A stretch of 64,000 bases of DNA, taken from contig JAXMDU010000007.1 of NCBI GenBank assembly GCA_046348645.1, forward strand, positions 77,399 to 141,398, in the 5' to 3' direction. Source of the DNA: Alphaproteobacteria bacterium. GTDB lineage: Bacteria > Pseudomonadota > Alphaproteobacteria > JAXMDU01. A program made the translations under genes and the position numbers. A model generated the notes under the pieces. The model made no database searches. It was not told the origin of the DNA and was given only the letters and a program-made list of their open reading frames with translations. Below are positions 1-9,659 of the stretch, piece by piece. Position 1 is the stretch's first letter, and each line of letters starts with the position of its first letter.

Positions 1-32
1 AAATGCCGGGCGACCGATCATGGGGGTGCGGG

Positions 33-470
33 TCATGGATGCCGGCGATCCGTGTCCGGCCTGAAGATCGGCCAATATGGAAAGAACTGGCGCCGGCTGA
101 AAAGCCAGGTCCCGTTCACCTTCCGAAAGTGATCAATGTAATGGCCGCAAAAGCCTTCTTCGCCGAGTGACTGCATGGCGCAGGTGCCGTCGGCCAGATC
201 GCCCTTCACATGGGTGACTTCATTCATCACGACGGGGATGCGGCGGGCCGGTTTCATCCGGGTGAAATAGTCCTGAAGGGCCTGCCGGCCGGCAACGGTC
301 ACGACATCCCCCTGGGTATTTCTGGAATTTTGGAACATGCCGTCTTCCGTGAACAGGTCGACGACGTCGTCCCTGAAACCGCGCACGGTGTACCAGCAGT
401 ATTTCGATCTCAATTCGCTGATCGCGAACCGGGCCTCGAGGTCAGCCACGCGTTTCTCGATATCCATCAT
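33..470 (-). CDS. SnoaL-like / NTF2-fold family protein
   Basis: 145-aa ORF. Segments such as ISELRSKYCWYTVRGFRDD and VNGTWLFSRRQF look like SnoaL_4/NTF2-fold proteins. Recognised by eye only. Confidence 0.65.
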   Translation of the reverse strand: MMDIEKRVADLEARFAISELRSKYCWYTVRGFRDDVVDLFTEDGMFQNSRNTQGDVVTVAGRQALQDYFTRMKPARRIPVVMNEVTHVKGDLADGTCAMQSLGEEGFCGHYIDHFRKVNGTWLFSRRQFFPYWPIFRPDTDRRHP

Positions 471-877
471 TGTGTTGTCTCTGCGATTGTTGATGCACGA
501 TCTGTCTTGGCTGGCGCTTCGGCGGCTCGATCGATGCCCTGCCCGGAACCGGCGGCAACCAAAAGACCTGGGCCTTCAGCCGGCGCACGGCCTGTGGCGA
601 CCATATCCCGGGCCGGCCAGTCCGGCCACCGCCCGGGTTGGGTCGGGATGCCCGTCGTGCGATCCGGCAGCAGGTGGCGCGATCTGGATGACGGGTGTTG
701 GTTCGATAGTTCCACAGACCCGTCCGCTTGGCGAGGGCTTGGAGGGTAGTACGTATATATGAACTGTTGTGCGAAAATAGAAACGTGGGCGCGATGATAC
801 ACGCGCGGGCAAGGCCGGCGCAATCGCAAGCCCGCTGCAGCCAAGGGGGGCAGGCCAAGCGGCGGCGGGCGCGGGGC

Positions 878-1138
878 TTGACAGCCATTCCGGGTGTTGC
901 CGAGGCGGCCGTCTTTGGCGTTCCCCACCCCGATCTCGGAGAATAGGTTATGGCGATCGTTGTCGCCAAGGACGGGCACAATGCCGGCCAAATTCAAGAG
1001 CAGCTGCGGGCAAGCCTTGCCTCGTTTGCCGTGCCGAGCCGATGGCGCTTTCAGGCCGAGCCGCTTCCGGTCAACCACGCCGGAAAGGTTGACAAGGCTG
1101 CGTTAATCGCGCAAGTGCACGGGACGCGCGCGCGATAG
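878..1138 (+). pseudogene. 3' remnant of an AMP-forming acyl-CoA synthetase
   Basis: The same-frame pieces LTAIPGVAEAAVFGVPHPDLGE, TAG, V and MAIVVAKDGHNAG...NHAGKVDKAAL match the C-terminal domain of acyl-CoA ligases. The N-terminal ~450 aa are missing, and there is an in-frame TAG at 944-946. Confidence 0.7.
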
Positions 1139-1155
1139 GACACGAGGGTAGGGAC

Positions 1156-2064
1156 ATGGCAAGCGCTTCTCGACGTCAAGGCAGCGGCGGGGTCCGGGGG
1201 GCAAGGCGTGGCGGCGCGAAGAACGGCCATGAACGCCGCGATGCCGTGACAGCCCCCGATGCCCGCAAGAGCGCAACACGAGCGGCGGCCATGGCAGAAC
1301 GCGGCTCAGCGGCGCGCACCGAGCGTCCGCCCCAGAACCACCGCACTGTCGACCGGGTTACCCGCATCCTCGAGGAAGTGGTGTACAAGCCCGGAATGAC
1401 GTTTGCCGAGCTTGTCCGCGCCGTGGATGCGGCCAAAAGCTCGGTCCACGGCTTCATTCGCGGGCTTCTGGCCAATGGCTGGCTCTATGAGGAGCACCGT
1501 CGCTTCTATCTTGGGCCGGCCGTCTATGCCCTTACGCTTGCGAGCGGCCACATCCGGGCTGGCCTGGTGACGCACGCCGACCTGGCTGCCCTGCACGAAG
1601 AGACGGGCGTCGCGGTCTTCCTTGGCGTGCAGGCCGGCGATCATCTCGTCTACATCGCCGAGGTCGGAAGCGATCCCGTCGCAGGTTTCGATGCCCGGTC
1701 GAATATTCGCCGCACCTTGCTGGCTACGGCAGGGGGAAAGGCGCTGCTTGCCACGCGATCGGATGCCGAGCGCGAGTCGTATCTGCGTCGCCGCCCTGCC
1801 GAAGATGCCGATCTTGTTGCAGGATTTCTCGAAGAGTGTGCCGAGATCAGGAAGACACGGATCGCGAAGAACGTTCGCCAAAGGGGGGCGCGATTCGCGA
1901 TTGCAACGACCGTTCACAACCAGTCCGGCGAGGCGGTGGCGGCCATCACGCTGGTGGGCTGCACCGTTGATCTGAAGCCCCGCGTGGCAGAGTTGAGCAA
2001 GATCCTGCTTCGGCACGTCGATTCATGGCCACGTCGCTCGATCACCCCGCGGGAGGCAATCTGA
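1156..2064 (+). CDS. IclR family transcriptional regulator
   Basis: 302-aa ORF. It has an HTH region (VDRVTRILEEVVYKPGMTFAELVRAVDAAKSSVHGFIRGL) followed by an IclR-type effector domain. The Arg/Gly-rich first ~45 aa may not be translated; an alternative ATG lies at 1291. Confidence 0.8.
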   Translation: MASASRRQGSGGVRGARRGGAKNGHERRDAVTAPDARKSATRAAAMAERGSAARTERPPQNHRTVDRVTRILEEVVYKPGMTFAELVRAVDAAKSSVHGFIRGLLANGWLYEEHRRFYLGPAVYALTLASGHIRAGLVTHADLAALHEETGVAVFLGVQAGDHLVYIAEVGSDPVAGFDARSNIRRTLLATAGGKALLATRSDAERESYLRRRPAEDADLVAGFLEECAEIRKTRIAKNVRQRGARFAIATTVHNQSGEAVAAITLVGCTVDLKPRVAELSKILLRHVDSWPRRSITPREAI

Positions 2065-2080
2065 CCGCGGCCGGCAGCGT

Positions 2081-3298
2081 TCAGGGCGACGCGGCGGGGA
2101 CTGTTGCGGCAACAAGGCCGCCGCAGGCAATGGTTGTAAGAGCCTGATCGATCAATCCGATCGCCTCGTCCACATGCGCGTCGGTCGTAGATCGGCCAAG
2201 GCTGAAGCGAATTGACGCTTCGGCCTGCGCCCTGCTCAGGCCGATTGCGCGAAGGACATGGGATGGCTCGGGGACGGCCCCCGAACCATCCCACGACGCA
2301 CAGGCCGACCCCGTCGACGCCGCCAGCTTGGGTTGCAGGGCGGCAAGAATGTCGTGCGCAGTGAACCCATAGAAACGCAGGTTTGCATTGCCGGGGTGAC
2401 GATGGTCAAGGTCGGGGCCGTTCAGGTAGACTGGCCAATCGAGGCCGAGGACCCCCCTGACAAAGCGGTCGCGGCAGCGCCGCAACCGCTCGCGCTCGTC
2501 CCGTGCCGATGCCGATGACAGAAGGGCGGCGGCGCCGAGACCGACACAGAGCGGCGTGGGCAATGTCCCGGCGCGCACGTTGCCCTGCTGGCCGCCACCA
2601 AAAAAAATGGGGCGAAGCCGCGGCCGGATTGTGCGTGAAGCATAGAGCGCGCCAACGCCCTGGGGTCCGTAAAACTTGTGGCCCGAAAGGCTCAAGAGGT
2701 CGGCCGATCGGGCCATGGAAGCCATGTCGATCGCCAAGGGGCCCTGGGCAGCGTCGGTGTGCAACAGGGCGCCCGCTTGCCGCGCCAGGGTCGAGATTCG
2801 TTCAATCGGCTGGATGCTTCCAATCTCGTTGTTGACAAGCATGACGGAGACAAGAAACACGTCGTCATTCAGCATGGATTCAAAGGCATCAATATCAACC
2901 ATGCCGTCCGGTGTGACCGGAATGGCTTCGATCCTGAAACCCAGGCGGGTCATCAGCACATAGGCCACGGCGGCCACGCTTTTGTGCTCGATCGCGCTGA
3001 TCAGAATGCGCTTGCGCGTTCCCCTGGCCGCCTCATCGGCCAGGCCGAGCAGGGCGAGGTTGTTCGCTTCCGTGGCGCCTGACGTAAAGATGATGTCATC
3101 GGCATCGGCGCCAATCAACGCGGCAACCTGTGCGGCGGCATCGTCGACCGCACGCGCCGCGCTCCGCCCGATGACATGGTCGGAAGCGTGCGGGTTGCCG
3201 AAGTGGTCCGTGAAATAGGGCAACATCGTTTCCATGACCCGCGGATCCACCGGGGTCGTGGCCTGATGATCGAGATAGATCGTGCCTCTTGTTTTCAT
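2081..3298 (-). CDS. cysteine desulfurase family protein (NifS/IscS-like class V aminotransferase)
   Basis: ORF 2081-3508 trimmed to the ATG at 3298 (MKTRGTIYLDHQATTPVDP). It has the PLP-lysine motif SGHKFYGP and the C-terminal cysteine loop STGSACAS. Confidence 0.85.
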   Translation of the reverse strand: MKTRGTIYLDHQATTPVDPRVMETMLPYFTDHFGNPHASDHVIGRSAARAVDDAAAQVAALIGADADDIIFTSGATEANNLALLGLADEAARGTRKRILISAIEHKSVAAVAYVLMTRLGFRIEAIPVTPDGMVDIDAFESMLNDDVFLVSVMLVNNEIGSIQPIERISTLARQAGALLHTDAAQGPLAIDMASMARSADLLSLSGHKFYGPQGVGALYASRTIRPRLRPIFFGGGQQGNVRAGTLPTPLCVGLGAAALLSSASARDERERLRRCRDRFVRGVLGLDWPVYLNGPDLDHRHPGNANLRFYGFTAHDILAALQPKLAASTGSACASWDGSGAVPEPSHVLRAIGLSRAQAEASIRFSLGRSTTDAHVDEAIGLIDQALTTIACGGLVAATVPAASP

Positions 3299-3380
3299 GG
3301 TGTCTTGGAGTTCATGGCGTCTGGGACGGTCTTGATGATGGCGCAGGACGGGCAGGGTATTCCATCGGGTCTGGCTGATC

Positions 3381-3427
3381 CAGCCGGCCCGGGGCTCCAG
3401 CCGGCCCAGGGCTCCAGCCGGCAGAGG
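3381..3427. repeat. 17-bp tandem repeat, about 2.7 copies (cagccggcccggggctc)
   Basis: The units are directly adjacent at 3381-3397, 3398-3414 and 3415-3427 (partial), in the upstream region of the cysteine desulfurase gene. Confidence 0.8.
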
Positions 3428-3471
3428 GGTGCGATCTGACCTGCCCACCCTGGAACGCCGCGCGCCACCGC

Positions 3472-4731
3472 TCATGGTGACAGGTGCGGGATCAGGAAGA
3501 TTACGCACCCGACGGCGGCGCCAACCAGCGTTCCATTGATACGGATGAATTGAAGATCCTTGCCCACGGCAAGCTCGAGCCGGTCAACGATGGTGCGGGC
3601 GTCCCACCCGCGGACGACGCCAGCCACGAACTGGCCGATGTCCTTTCGCCAGGGAACGACCAGAGCCAGGATCGCTACCTCGATGCGCTGATCCATGCGA
3701 AGCTGAAGCTCGGGGTCGCTGGCGATCGCGGCCCCGACCGAGCGAAGAAGACCCGCCAGAGTGTGGCGCAGGCGCGAGTGCGGCTGCTGCAACGCAGCCT
3801 CGGTCGAATCCCGCAGCCGCGTCCAGACGCGATCGACATAGGCGCGAACCTGGGGTGTGTCGAGAATCCGGTCACGCAGGCCGTTGATGTACACGTGATG
3901 GTCGGGCGAACGGTGAAGATCAGAGATGATGCGATCGATAGCGACATCGAAGCTGTGGCGTGCTTCGTGGTCACGGTTCTTCAGGTCATCCAGGTAGGCG
4001 ATCGTTCCATCGGTGATGGCACGGGCCAGACGCTGGTCGATGTGACGGGGTACCCACCAGCTGCTTCGTTCGGTGACGATTTCGGAAATTCGCTCCCGGT
4101 TCTCGAACAGGTATTGGCGCACGGCATCCACCAGGTAGTCGAAAAGGTCGTGGTGCCTTCCGCTGCGACGCAATTCGCCTACCAGCGTGGCAAGCGCCAC
4201 CCCAAGATCCAGCTCGCGGATCTGACGGCGTAGCATCCGGCGCATCAGCCGTTGCAGGGTCTCTTCGTCGAGCGAACGGAGGACGAAGGCGCCGATGACC
4301 GCAAGGTGGCTGGTCAAGAGTTCTGAATTTCGCTTGCCTTGCAGCCAGGCGCCAAGACGGCGGCTGACCCCGGCCGAACGCAGCCAGTTCGCCACCAGCC
4401 GAGGCTCGAGGATATGCTGCTCGATAAAGGTGCCAAGTCCGGCGCCGATCCGGTCTGTGTTGCTTGGAATGACGGCCGTATGGGGAATCGGCAGGCCCAG
4501 GGGCCGCCGGAACAGGGCCGTTACAGCGAACCAGTCCGCAAGCCCGCCAACCAGGGCGGCTTCCGATCCGGCCCGGGCCAGATCGATCCAGGGGCCCGTC
4601 AGGCCGGATGTCGTGGACATGACATAAACAGCGCCTGCCGCAATCAGAAGAAGGGTCGCGAACGCTTTGTGGCGCCCCAGTGCCCTGCGTGAAGCAGTGG
4701 CGGCGCGCTCGACGGGATCGACCACGGTCAT
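3472..4731 (-). CDS. DUF445-type membrane protein
   Basis: 419-aa ORF with an N-terminal TM segment. The C-terminal LQFIRINGTLVGAAVGCVIF is typical of DUF445 (YjiN-like) proteins. Confidence 0.7.
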   Translation of the reverse strand: MTVVDPVERAATASRRALGRHKAFATLLLIAAGAVYVMSTTSGLTGPWIDLARAGSEAALVGGLADWFAVTALFRRPLGLPIPHTAVIPSNTDRIGAGLGTFIEQHILEPRLVANWLRSAGVSRRLGAWLQGKRNSELLTSHLAVIGAFVLRSLDEETLQRLMRRMLRRQIRELDLGVALATLVGELRRSGRHHDLFDYLVDAVRQYLFENRERISEIVTERSSWWVPRHIDQRLARAITDGTIAYLDDLKNRDHEARHSFDVAIDRIISDLHRSPDHHVYINGLRDRILDTPQVRAYVDRVWTRLRDSTEAALQQPHSRLRHTLAGLLRSVGAAIASDPELQLRMDQRIEVAILALVVPWRKDIGQFVAGVVRGWDARTIVDRLELAVGKDLQFIRINGTLVGAAVGCVIFLIPHLSP

Positions 4732-4935
4732 CCTCCGAACTGATTAGCGGGTGGGCGTGGACAGTATAGCAGGGCTTGTGGGCCAGGGCGGCGGCCAGCC
4801 GGACGCGATCTGTGACCCGCTTTGACCAAGGCTTGATTTCCGAGGTTGGGCCAATCATCCTCGGCGATCAGGACGGCGGCTCGTGATCGTGCCGTGACGC
4901 TTCACCCCGGCGCGAAGCCGCCACGGGATGAAGGC

Positions 4936-6324
4936 ATGACGAAGGTGGCAACCCAGATGACGGCGGCCGGTGACAATGGTGCGCAGCCCATCGCGCTTCC
5001 GTCTTTTGCCGAGGCGGTCCGCGTCTGGCTCAGGATTGGCCTGCTGTCCTTTGGTGGTCCGGCCGGGCAAATCGCGCTGCTGCACCGGGTCGTGGTGGAC
5101 GAATGCCGCTGGATCGGGGAGCGGCGATTCCTGGGCGCGCTTAATTTCTGCACCCTTTTGCCAGGCCCCGAAGCGCAGCAACTGGCGGTCTATCTCGGGT
5201 GGATCATGCATGGAGTGCGGGGCGGCTTGGCGGCCGGGATACTTTTCGTGCTGCCGGGGGCTATGGTGATGCTGGCGCTATCGCTGGTCTATGCCATGCT
5301 CGGCGAAGTGCCGTTGATCGCCGCGCTGTTCTTCGGCCTGAAGGCGGCGGCGCTGGTGCTGGTGATCGAGGCGCTGCTTCGCATCGGCCGGCGCGCTTTG
5401 CAGGGGCGCGCGGCCTGGGCCATGGCGGTCGCGGCGTTCGTGGCCCTGTTCGTCCTGGACCTGCCATTTCCACTGGTCGTCGTGGTGGCGGGTGTCGTCG
5501 GGTACCTGATGCCAGACGCGTTCGCGCATGGTGGCCATGGCAAGGCCAGGGGCGATGTTCCAGCACTGATTGATGCAGTCTTGGCGGCTGACCCGGGGCG
5601 ACCGGCCCGGCTTGCGGCCGGGGCTCGCCGGGCTGGCGTCATTGCGCTGGTCCTCTGGCTGGCGCCAGTCGCTTTTCTGGTGGCGGGCGTGGGTGGCACC
5701 TTTGCCGACATCGCCTGGTTCTTTTCGAAGATGGCGGTGGTCACGGTTGGTGGCGCCTATGCGGTGCTGGCCTATGTCGCGCAGGACGCCGTAGAGTCCT
5801 ACCGGTGGCTGACCGGGCCCGAGATGCTGGCGGGGCTGGGCCTGGCCGAGACGACGCCGGGGCCGTTGATCCTTGTCCTTCAGTTCGTCGGCTTCCTGGC
5901 CGGGCACAAGGCGCCAGAAAGCCTGAGCGGTATTCCAGGCGGCATTCTGGCCTCGCTTTTGGTGCTGTGGGTTACATTCGCACCATGTTTCGCCTTCGTC
6001 TTTCTGGGCGCGCCGGTCATCGAACGGCTTCAGCAGAACAAGGCCCTTGCGGGCGCGCTTGCCGCAATTACCGCCGCCGTCGTGGGGGTGATCGCCAATC
6101 TGGCGGTATGGTTTGGTCTTCGCGTGCTGTTCCATGACTTGCTGGGCCTTAGCCTTGGCGGACTGACCCTTGACGTGCCGGTGCTGGCCAGCGTCGATCT
6201 CACAGCGGTTGGGTTGGCGGCCTTGGCAGCCTTGGCGCTGTTCCTGTTCAGGCTTGGCGTGCTTCGAACCCTGGGTCTGACCGCCGCAGCCGGATTTGCG
6301 TCAAGAATCGCGCTGGGCATGTAA
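4936..6324 (+). CDS. chrA: chromate efflux transporter
   Basis: ORF 4846-6324; the likely start is the ATG at 4936. It has duplicated CHR domains, e.g. LRIGLLSFGGPAGQIALLH and ETTPGPLILVLQFVGFLAG. Confidence 0.85.
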   Translation: MTKVATQMTAAGDNGAQPIALPSFAEAVRVWLRIGLLSFGGPAGQIALLHRVVVDECRWIGERRFLGALNFCTLLPGPEAQQLAVYLGWIMHGVRGGLAAGILFVLPGAMVMLALSLVYAMLGEVPLIAALFFGLKAAALVLVIEALLRIGRRALQGRAAWAMAVAAFVALFVLDLPFPLVVVVAGVVGYLMPDAFAHGGHGKARGDVPALIDAVLAADPGRPARLAAGARRAGVIALVLWLAPVAFLVAGVGGTFADIAWFFSKMAVVTVGGAYAVLAYVAQDAVESYRWLTGPEMLAGLGLAETTPGPLILVLQFVGFLAGHKAPESLSGIPGGILASLLVLWVTFAPCFAFVFLGAPVIERLQQNKALAGALAAITAAVVGVIANLAVWFGLRVLFHDLLGLSLGGLTLDVPVLASVDLTAVGLAALAALALFLFRLGVLRTLGLTAAAGFASRIALGM

Positions 6325-6365
6325 CGCCCCAGCCTTGTGATATCCCAGCCTTGTGATACCCCAGC

Positions 6366-7598
6366 CTAGCGGCGGTACAGGAAAAGATCGCCGGCAACTG
6401 GTGCATTGCGTTCCCGGCGTATGGTGACAGGCCGCCACGCGCATTCGCAAAGGCCGGCGCCCGCGGCGGTGCGCCGCACGTATTCTGCGGCGTGGACGTA
6501 CCGAAGGGTGGTGGCGAGGCGAAATCCGTCGCATTTCGCGCCATCGTTATCGGGATCGTTGTCGGGGCGGGCGGCGGCCTCGGTTGTAAAGACCAGGTGG
6601 CCACCGGGTTGCAACAGCCGGGCGATGGCCTCGAACACCGGGCCAAGCTCGCCCAGGTAATTGAACACGTCAGCGGCGATGGCCAGGTCGAATGACGCCG
6701 GCGCCAAGCGTGGAAGATATTCAAGGATGTCGCCGTGGTGAAGCTCGTCATAGATGCGGCGATCCTGCGCTTTGGCGATCATTCGAGCCGACAGGTCGAT
6801 GCCCACCAGCCGCCTGGCGCGCCCCTTGAGTGCCGCCCCGCAAAGCCCGGTGCCGCAGCCGAGGTCAAGCGCGGCCACCGTGGGCGCGGCGATCTGCTCT
6901 GCAACCAAGGCGGCGATCGCCTCGGGAATGTGATAGCCAAGGGTTTCGACAAGATCGCGCTCGAATCGGCCGGCATAGGCATCGAACACGGCCCGCACGT
7001 AGGACGCAGGCGGCCGGTCGGGCACGTCGCGCTGCTCCAGGGCCGCCAGCAGGTAGCGGGCTTCCGCATGGTCAGGCCGTCGCTCCAGGGCCGCACGGCA
7101 GGATTGGGCTGCGGCATCCAGCCGGCCAAGGGCTTTGTATGCGTGGGCCAGGCCAAGATGCGCGTCCGGATCACCCGGCGCGGCCACAAGGGTTTGTTCG
7201 TAATGACGTGCCGCCGTGGCGGGATCACCCCGTTGATAGAAGACGCTGCCAAGATTGCGGTTGATCGTCGGATCGCCGGGCCGGCGGGCAAGGGCGGCCA
7301 GCAGCCGCGCCAGGGCCGCCTCAAGCCGGCCAGCGGCGGCCAGGACGGCGCCAAGGTTGCCGAGAAAAAGGGGGCTGTCGGGGCGCAGCGACACCGCCCG
7401 CTCAAGCAGCGGCAAAGCAGCCTCGGTGTCGCCCTTGGCGTGGTGGATCAGCCCCAAAAGATTGAGCGCGTTGGCGTCGTTGGGCGCGGAGGCCAGCACC
7501 TGTTCATAGAGACGCGCTGCGTCGCCAAGCCGCCCCGCCCGCTGGTGGGCGATGCCCGCCTGCAAGAGTGCCCCTGGGTCGGCGCCATGCCTGCTCAT
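6366..7598 (-). CDS. TPR-repeat protein fused to a class I SAM-dependent methyltransferase
   Basis: N-terminal TPR-like repeats (LYEQVLASAPNDANALNLLGLIHH and others) are followed by the SAM-binding motif LDLGCGTGLCG. I prefer the ATG at 7598 over the ORF start at 7652. Confidence 0.75.
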   Translation of the reverse strand: MSRHGADPGALLQAGIAHQRAGRLGDAARLYEQVLASAPNDANALNLLGLIHHAKGDTEAALPLLERAVSLRPDSPLFLGNLGAVLAAAGRLEAALARLLAALARRPGDPTINRNLGSVFYQRGDPATAARHYEQTLVAAPGDPDAHLGLAHAYKALGRLDAAAQSCRAALERRPDHAEARYLLAALEQRDVPDRPPASYVRAVFDAYAGRFERDLVETLGYHIPEAIAALVAEQIAAPTVAALDLGCGTGLCGAALKGRARRLVGIDLSARMIAKAQDRRIYDELHHGDILEYLPRLAPASFDLAIAADVFNYLGELGPVFEAIARLLQPGGHLVFTTEAAARPDNDPDNDGAKCDGFRLATTLRYVHAAEYVRRTAAGAGLCECAWRPVTIRRERNAPVAGDLFLYRR

Positions 7599-7763
7599 GG
7601 CTGGGATCCGGCATCGGCGATACGATCCGACGTCATCAGTGGCCAATAGCATGGCAAGGCTTGCGCCGGCCAGCGCCGCGCTTGTCCTTTGCCGGGGTGT
7701 ACTGCATCTTGTCGTTGAAGCTGTTTCTCCGAGCGAGCCGGTCCCATCACCGGCCTGAGCGAT

Positions 7764-8972
7764 GTGTTTCCCATGCCTGGTGCTGATTCATCCCCGCCAT
7801 CGTGGCGACTGATTGTGGTCCTGGCCCTGTCGGCCGCGGTCGGCATGATGGCATCATCCATATATATTCCATCTATTCCCAGCATCGCTGGCGACCTGGC
7901 CGCGGGGATCGGGTCGGTTCAGCTTACGGTGACCGTCTTTCTCTTTGCGTTTGGCATTGCGATGCTGGTTCACGGCCCGCTGTCCGATCGATTTGGCCGC
8001 AAGCCAGTCCTGGTGGGGGGCATGGCCCTGGGCGGGCTCGGCTCGCTCGGCTGCGCGTTGTCGATGGCGGTAGAATGGCTGCTGATTTTCCGGATCGTGC
8101 AGGCCATCGGCGTTTGCGCCGGCGTGACGATCGGACGGGCCATCCTGCGCGATGTCTATTCGGCGGACGGGGCGCGCCGTCCCATGTCGGCACTGGCCAT
8201 GGTGTCCGGGATCGCTCCCGCTGCCGCACCTAGCCTGGGCGGCCTCATGGAGGTGGAACTAGGGTGGCGCTCGCAGTTTTACCTGATGACGATCTTCTGT
8301 GCCGTGCTCTGCATCGTGATTGGATTCGGCATGGCCGAATCGAACCGCGCCCTGCAACGCGATCGGTCGCTTTTCGGCGGCATGTTCAGCAGTTTTCGCG
8401 AACTGCTGGGCAGCCGCGCTTTCCTGTTTTACGCCGCCAGCGTGAGCTGCGGCTCGTCGTGCTTTTACCTCTATACAGTGGGCTTGCCCGTCGCGTTGGC
8501 TGCCCAGTACCGTCTCAGCCCGGACATCATTGGCTTTTATACGGGCTTTCCGCCGATGGGGTTCATCACCGTCAGCACGATTATGACGCGTTTTGCCCAT
8601 CGCCTTTCCATCGAGACGTTCATCCGCATCGGGACCCTGGGGCTTGCCATGGCGGGACTGATTCTTACGTCGCTGTCGCTAAGCGGCGTCAGCGACCCGC
8701 TTCTGGTTTGCGGCCCGGCGATTCTGATTGGCATGTCGAACGGCCTTGTGATGCCCAGCGGCTATGCGGGGTCGGTCAGCATCAATCCGCGTATCGCGGG
8801 TGCCGCATCCGGTCTGGCGGGATTTTTGCAGATGGTGGCCGGCGCCAGCGCCACCGCCTATGCTGCCGCCCTGCCCGGAGACAGCATGGTGCCGTTGATG
8901 GCCAGCCTCTTCGCGATTGGCTTGACCGCTGCCATGATCGGCTGGTTCTTGACGCCGCGCCGCGCGGGCTGA
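7764..8972 (+). CDS. MFS transporter, Bcr/CflA drug-resistance subfamily
   Basis: 402-aa multi-TM ORF with a GTG start. The motif GPLSDRFGRKPVL is typical of this MFS subfamily. Confidence 0.8.
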   Translation: MFPMPGADSSPPSWRLIVVLALSAAVGMMASSIYIPSIPSIAGDLAAGIGSVQLTVTVFLFAFGIAMLVHGPLSDRFGRKPVLVGGMALGGLGSLGCALSMAVEWLLIFRIVQAIGVCAGVTIGRAILRDVYSADGARRPMSALAMVSGIAPAAAPSLGGLMEVELGWRSQFYLMTIFCAVLCIVIGFGMAESNRALQRDRSLFGGMFSSFRELLGSRAFLFYAASVSCGSSCFYLYTVGLPVALAAQYRLSPDIIGFYTGFPPMGFITVSTIMTRFAHRLSIETFIRIGTLGLAMAGLILTSLSLSGVSDPLLVCGPAILIGMSNGLVMPSGYAGSVSINPRIAGAASGLAGFLQMVAGASATAYAAALPGDSMVPLMASLFAIGLTAAMIGWFLTPRRAG

Positions 8973-9314
8973 AATCCATTCCAAGACCCCTCGGCGCCCG
9001 GCCTCCCCACGGGCGTCTTCCACACCCACTGACGATCGTCGGTCGCCACCCCCAACCCCCGATCCGACGGCTGCCGGCCCTGGCAAGCCGGTGAAGAGAG
9101 CCAGTGAAGAGAAAAAGACATCTGGCCGACCGGTCGGCCGGAGGTGTTTTTGCTGATATCAGTCAAACAATTGAAAATTAAATTCGATCGAACTCGGCTA
9201 GCGTGGCAAGGATCCACTAAGTCTCTGTTGTTAGGCTGTATCAATGGTCAAGGACATCATGCAAATCGGGCGACCGGCAGACCGGGTTCAGGAAAAGCGT
9301 GCTGGGGCCAGGCC

Positions 9315-9653
9315 ATGACTGCCATCCGGCCCGTGACCCGTCACCCCCAGGTTCTCACCGCCTACGATCTGCTCGACGGCGATGTCATCTTTCTTGGCGC
9401 CGATGGCTGGAGCCGCGACATTCGTGGCGCCCAGGTCGCGACAACGCCTGACGAGACGGCCCGGCTGGCCGCGATTGGCATGAAGGCCAAGGCAGCAGCG
9501 CTGGTCGCCGATCCCTATCTTGTCGACGTAACCGTGCCGCGCGCCGGCGCACCCGAACCGCTGCATTTCCGGGAAGTGCTGCGCACCCGCGGGCCATCGG
9601 TTCGGCCTGATCTTGGCAAGCAATCGGCAGCCGCCGTGGCGGAAGAACGGTAG
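9315..9653 (+). CDS. DUF2849 domain protein (sulfite-reductase-associated)
   Basis: MTAIRPVTRHPQVLTAYDLLDGDVIFLG resembles DUF2849 proteins, which precede cysI in alphaproteobacteria. Start trimmed to the ATG at 9315. Confidence 0.75.
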   Translation: MTAIRPVTRHPQVLTAYDLLDGDVIFLGADGWSRDIRGAQVATTPDETARLAAIGMKAKAAALVADPYLVDVTVPRAGAPEPLHFREVLRTRGPSVRPDLGKQSAAAVAEER

Positions 9654-9659
9654 GTCACC

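Noticed and set aside
944-946. In-frame TAG as possible recoding (pyrrolysine or read-through)
   Set aside because: The gene lacks its entire N-terminal ~450 codons, so it is a dead remnant. There is no reason to invoke recoding.
9124-9162. 16-bp perfect palindrome ggccgaccggtcggcc followed by T5, and a 10-bp palindrome ctgatatcag, between the MFS gene and the cys operon
   Set aside because: The hairpin would have almost no loop, and the T-run is separated from it by 7 nt. I cannot support assigning it as a terminator or as a CysB-type site from sequence alone.
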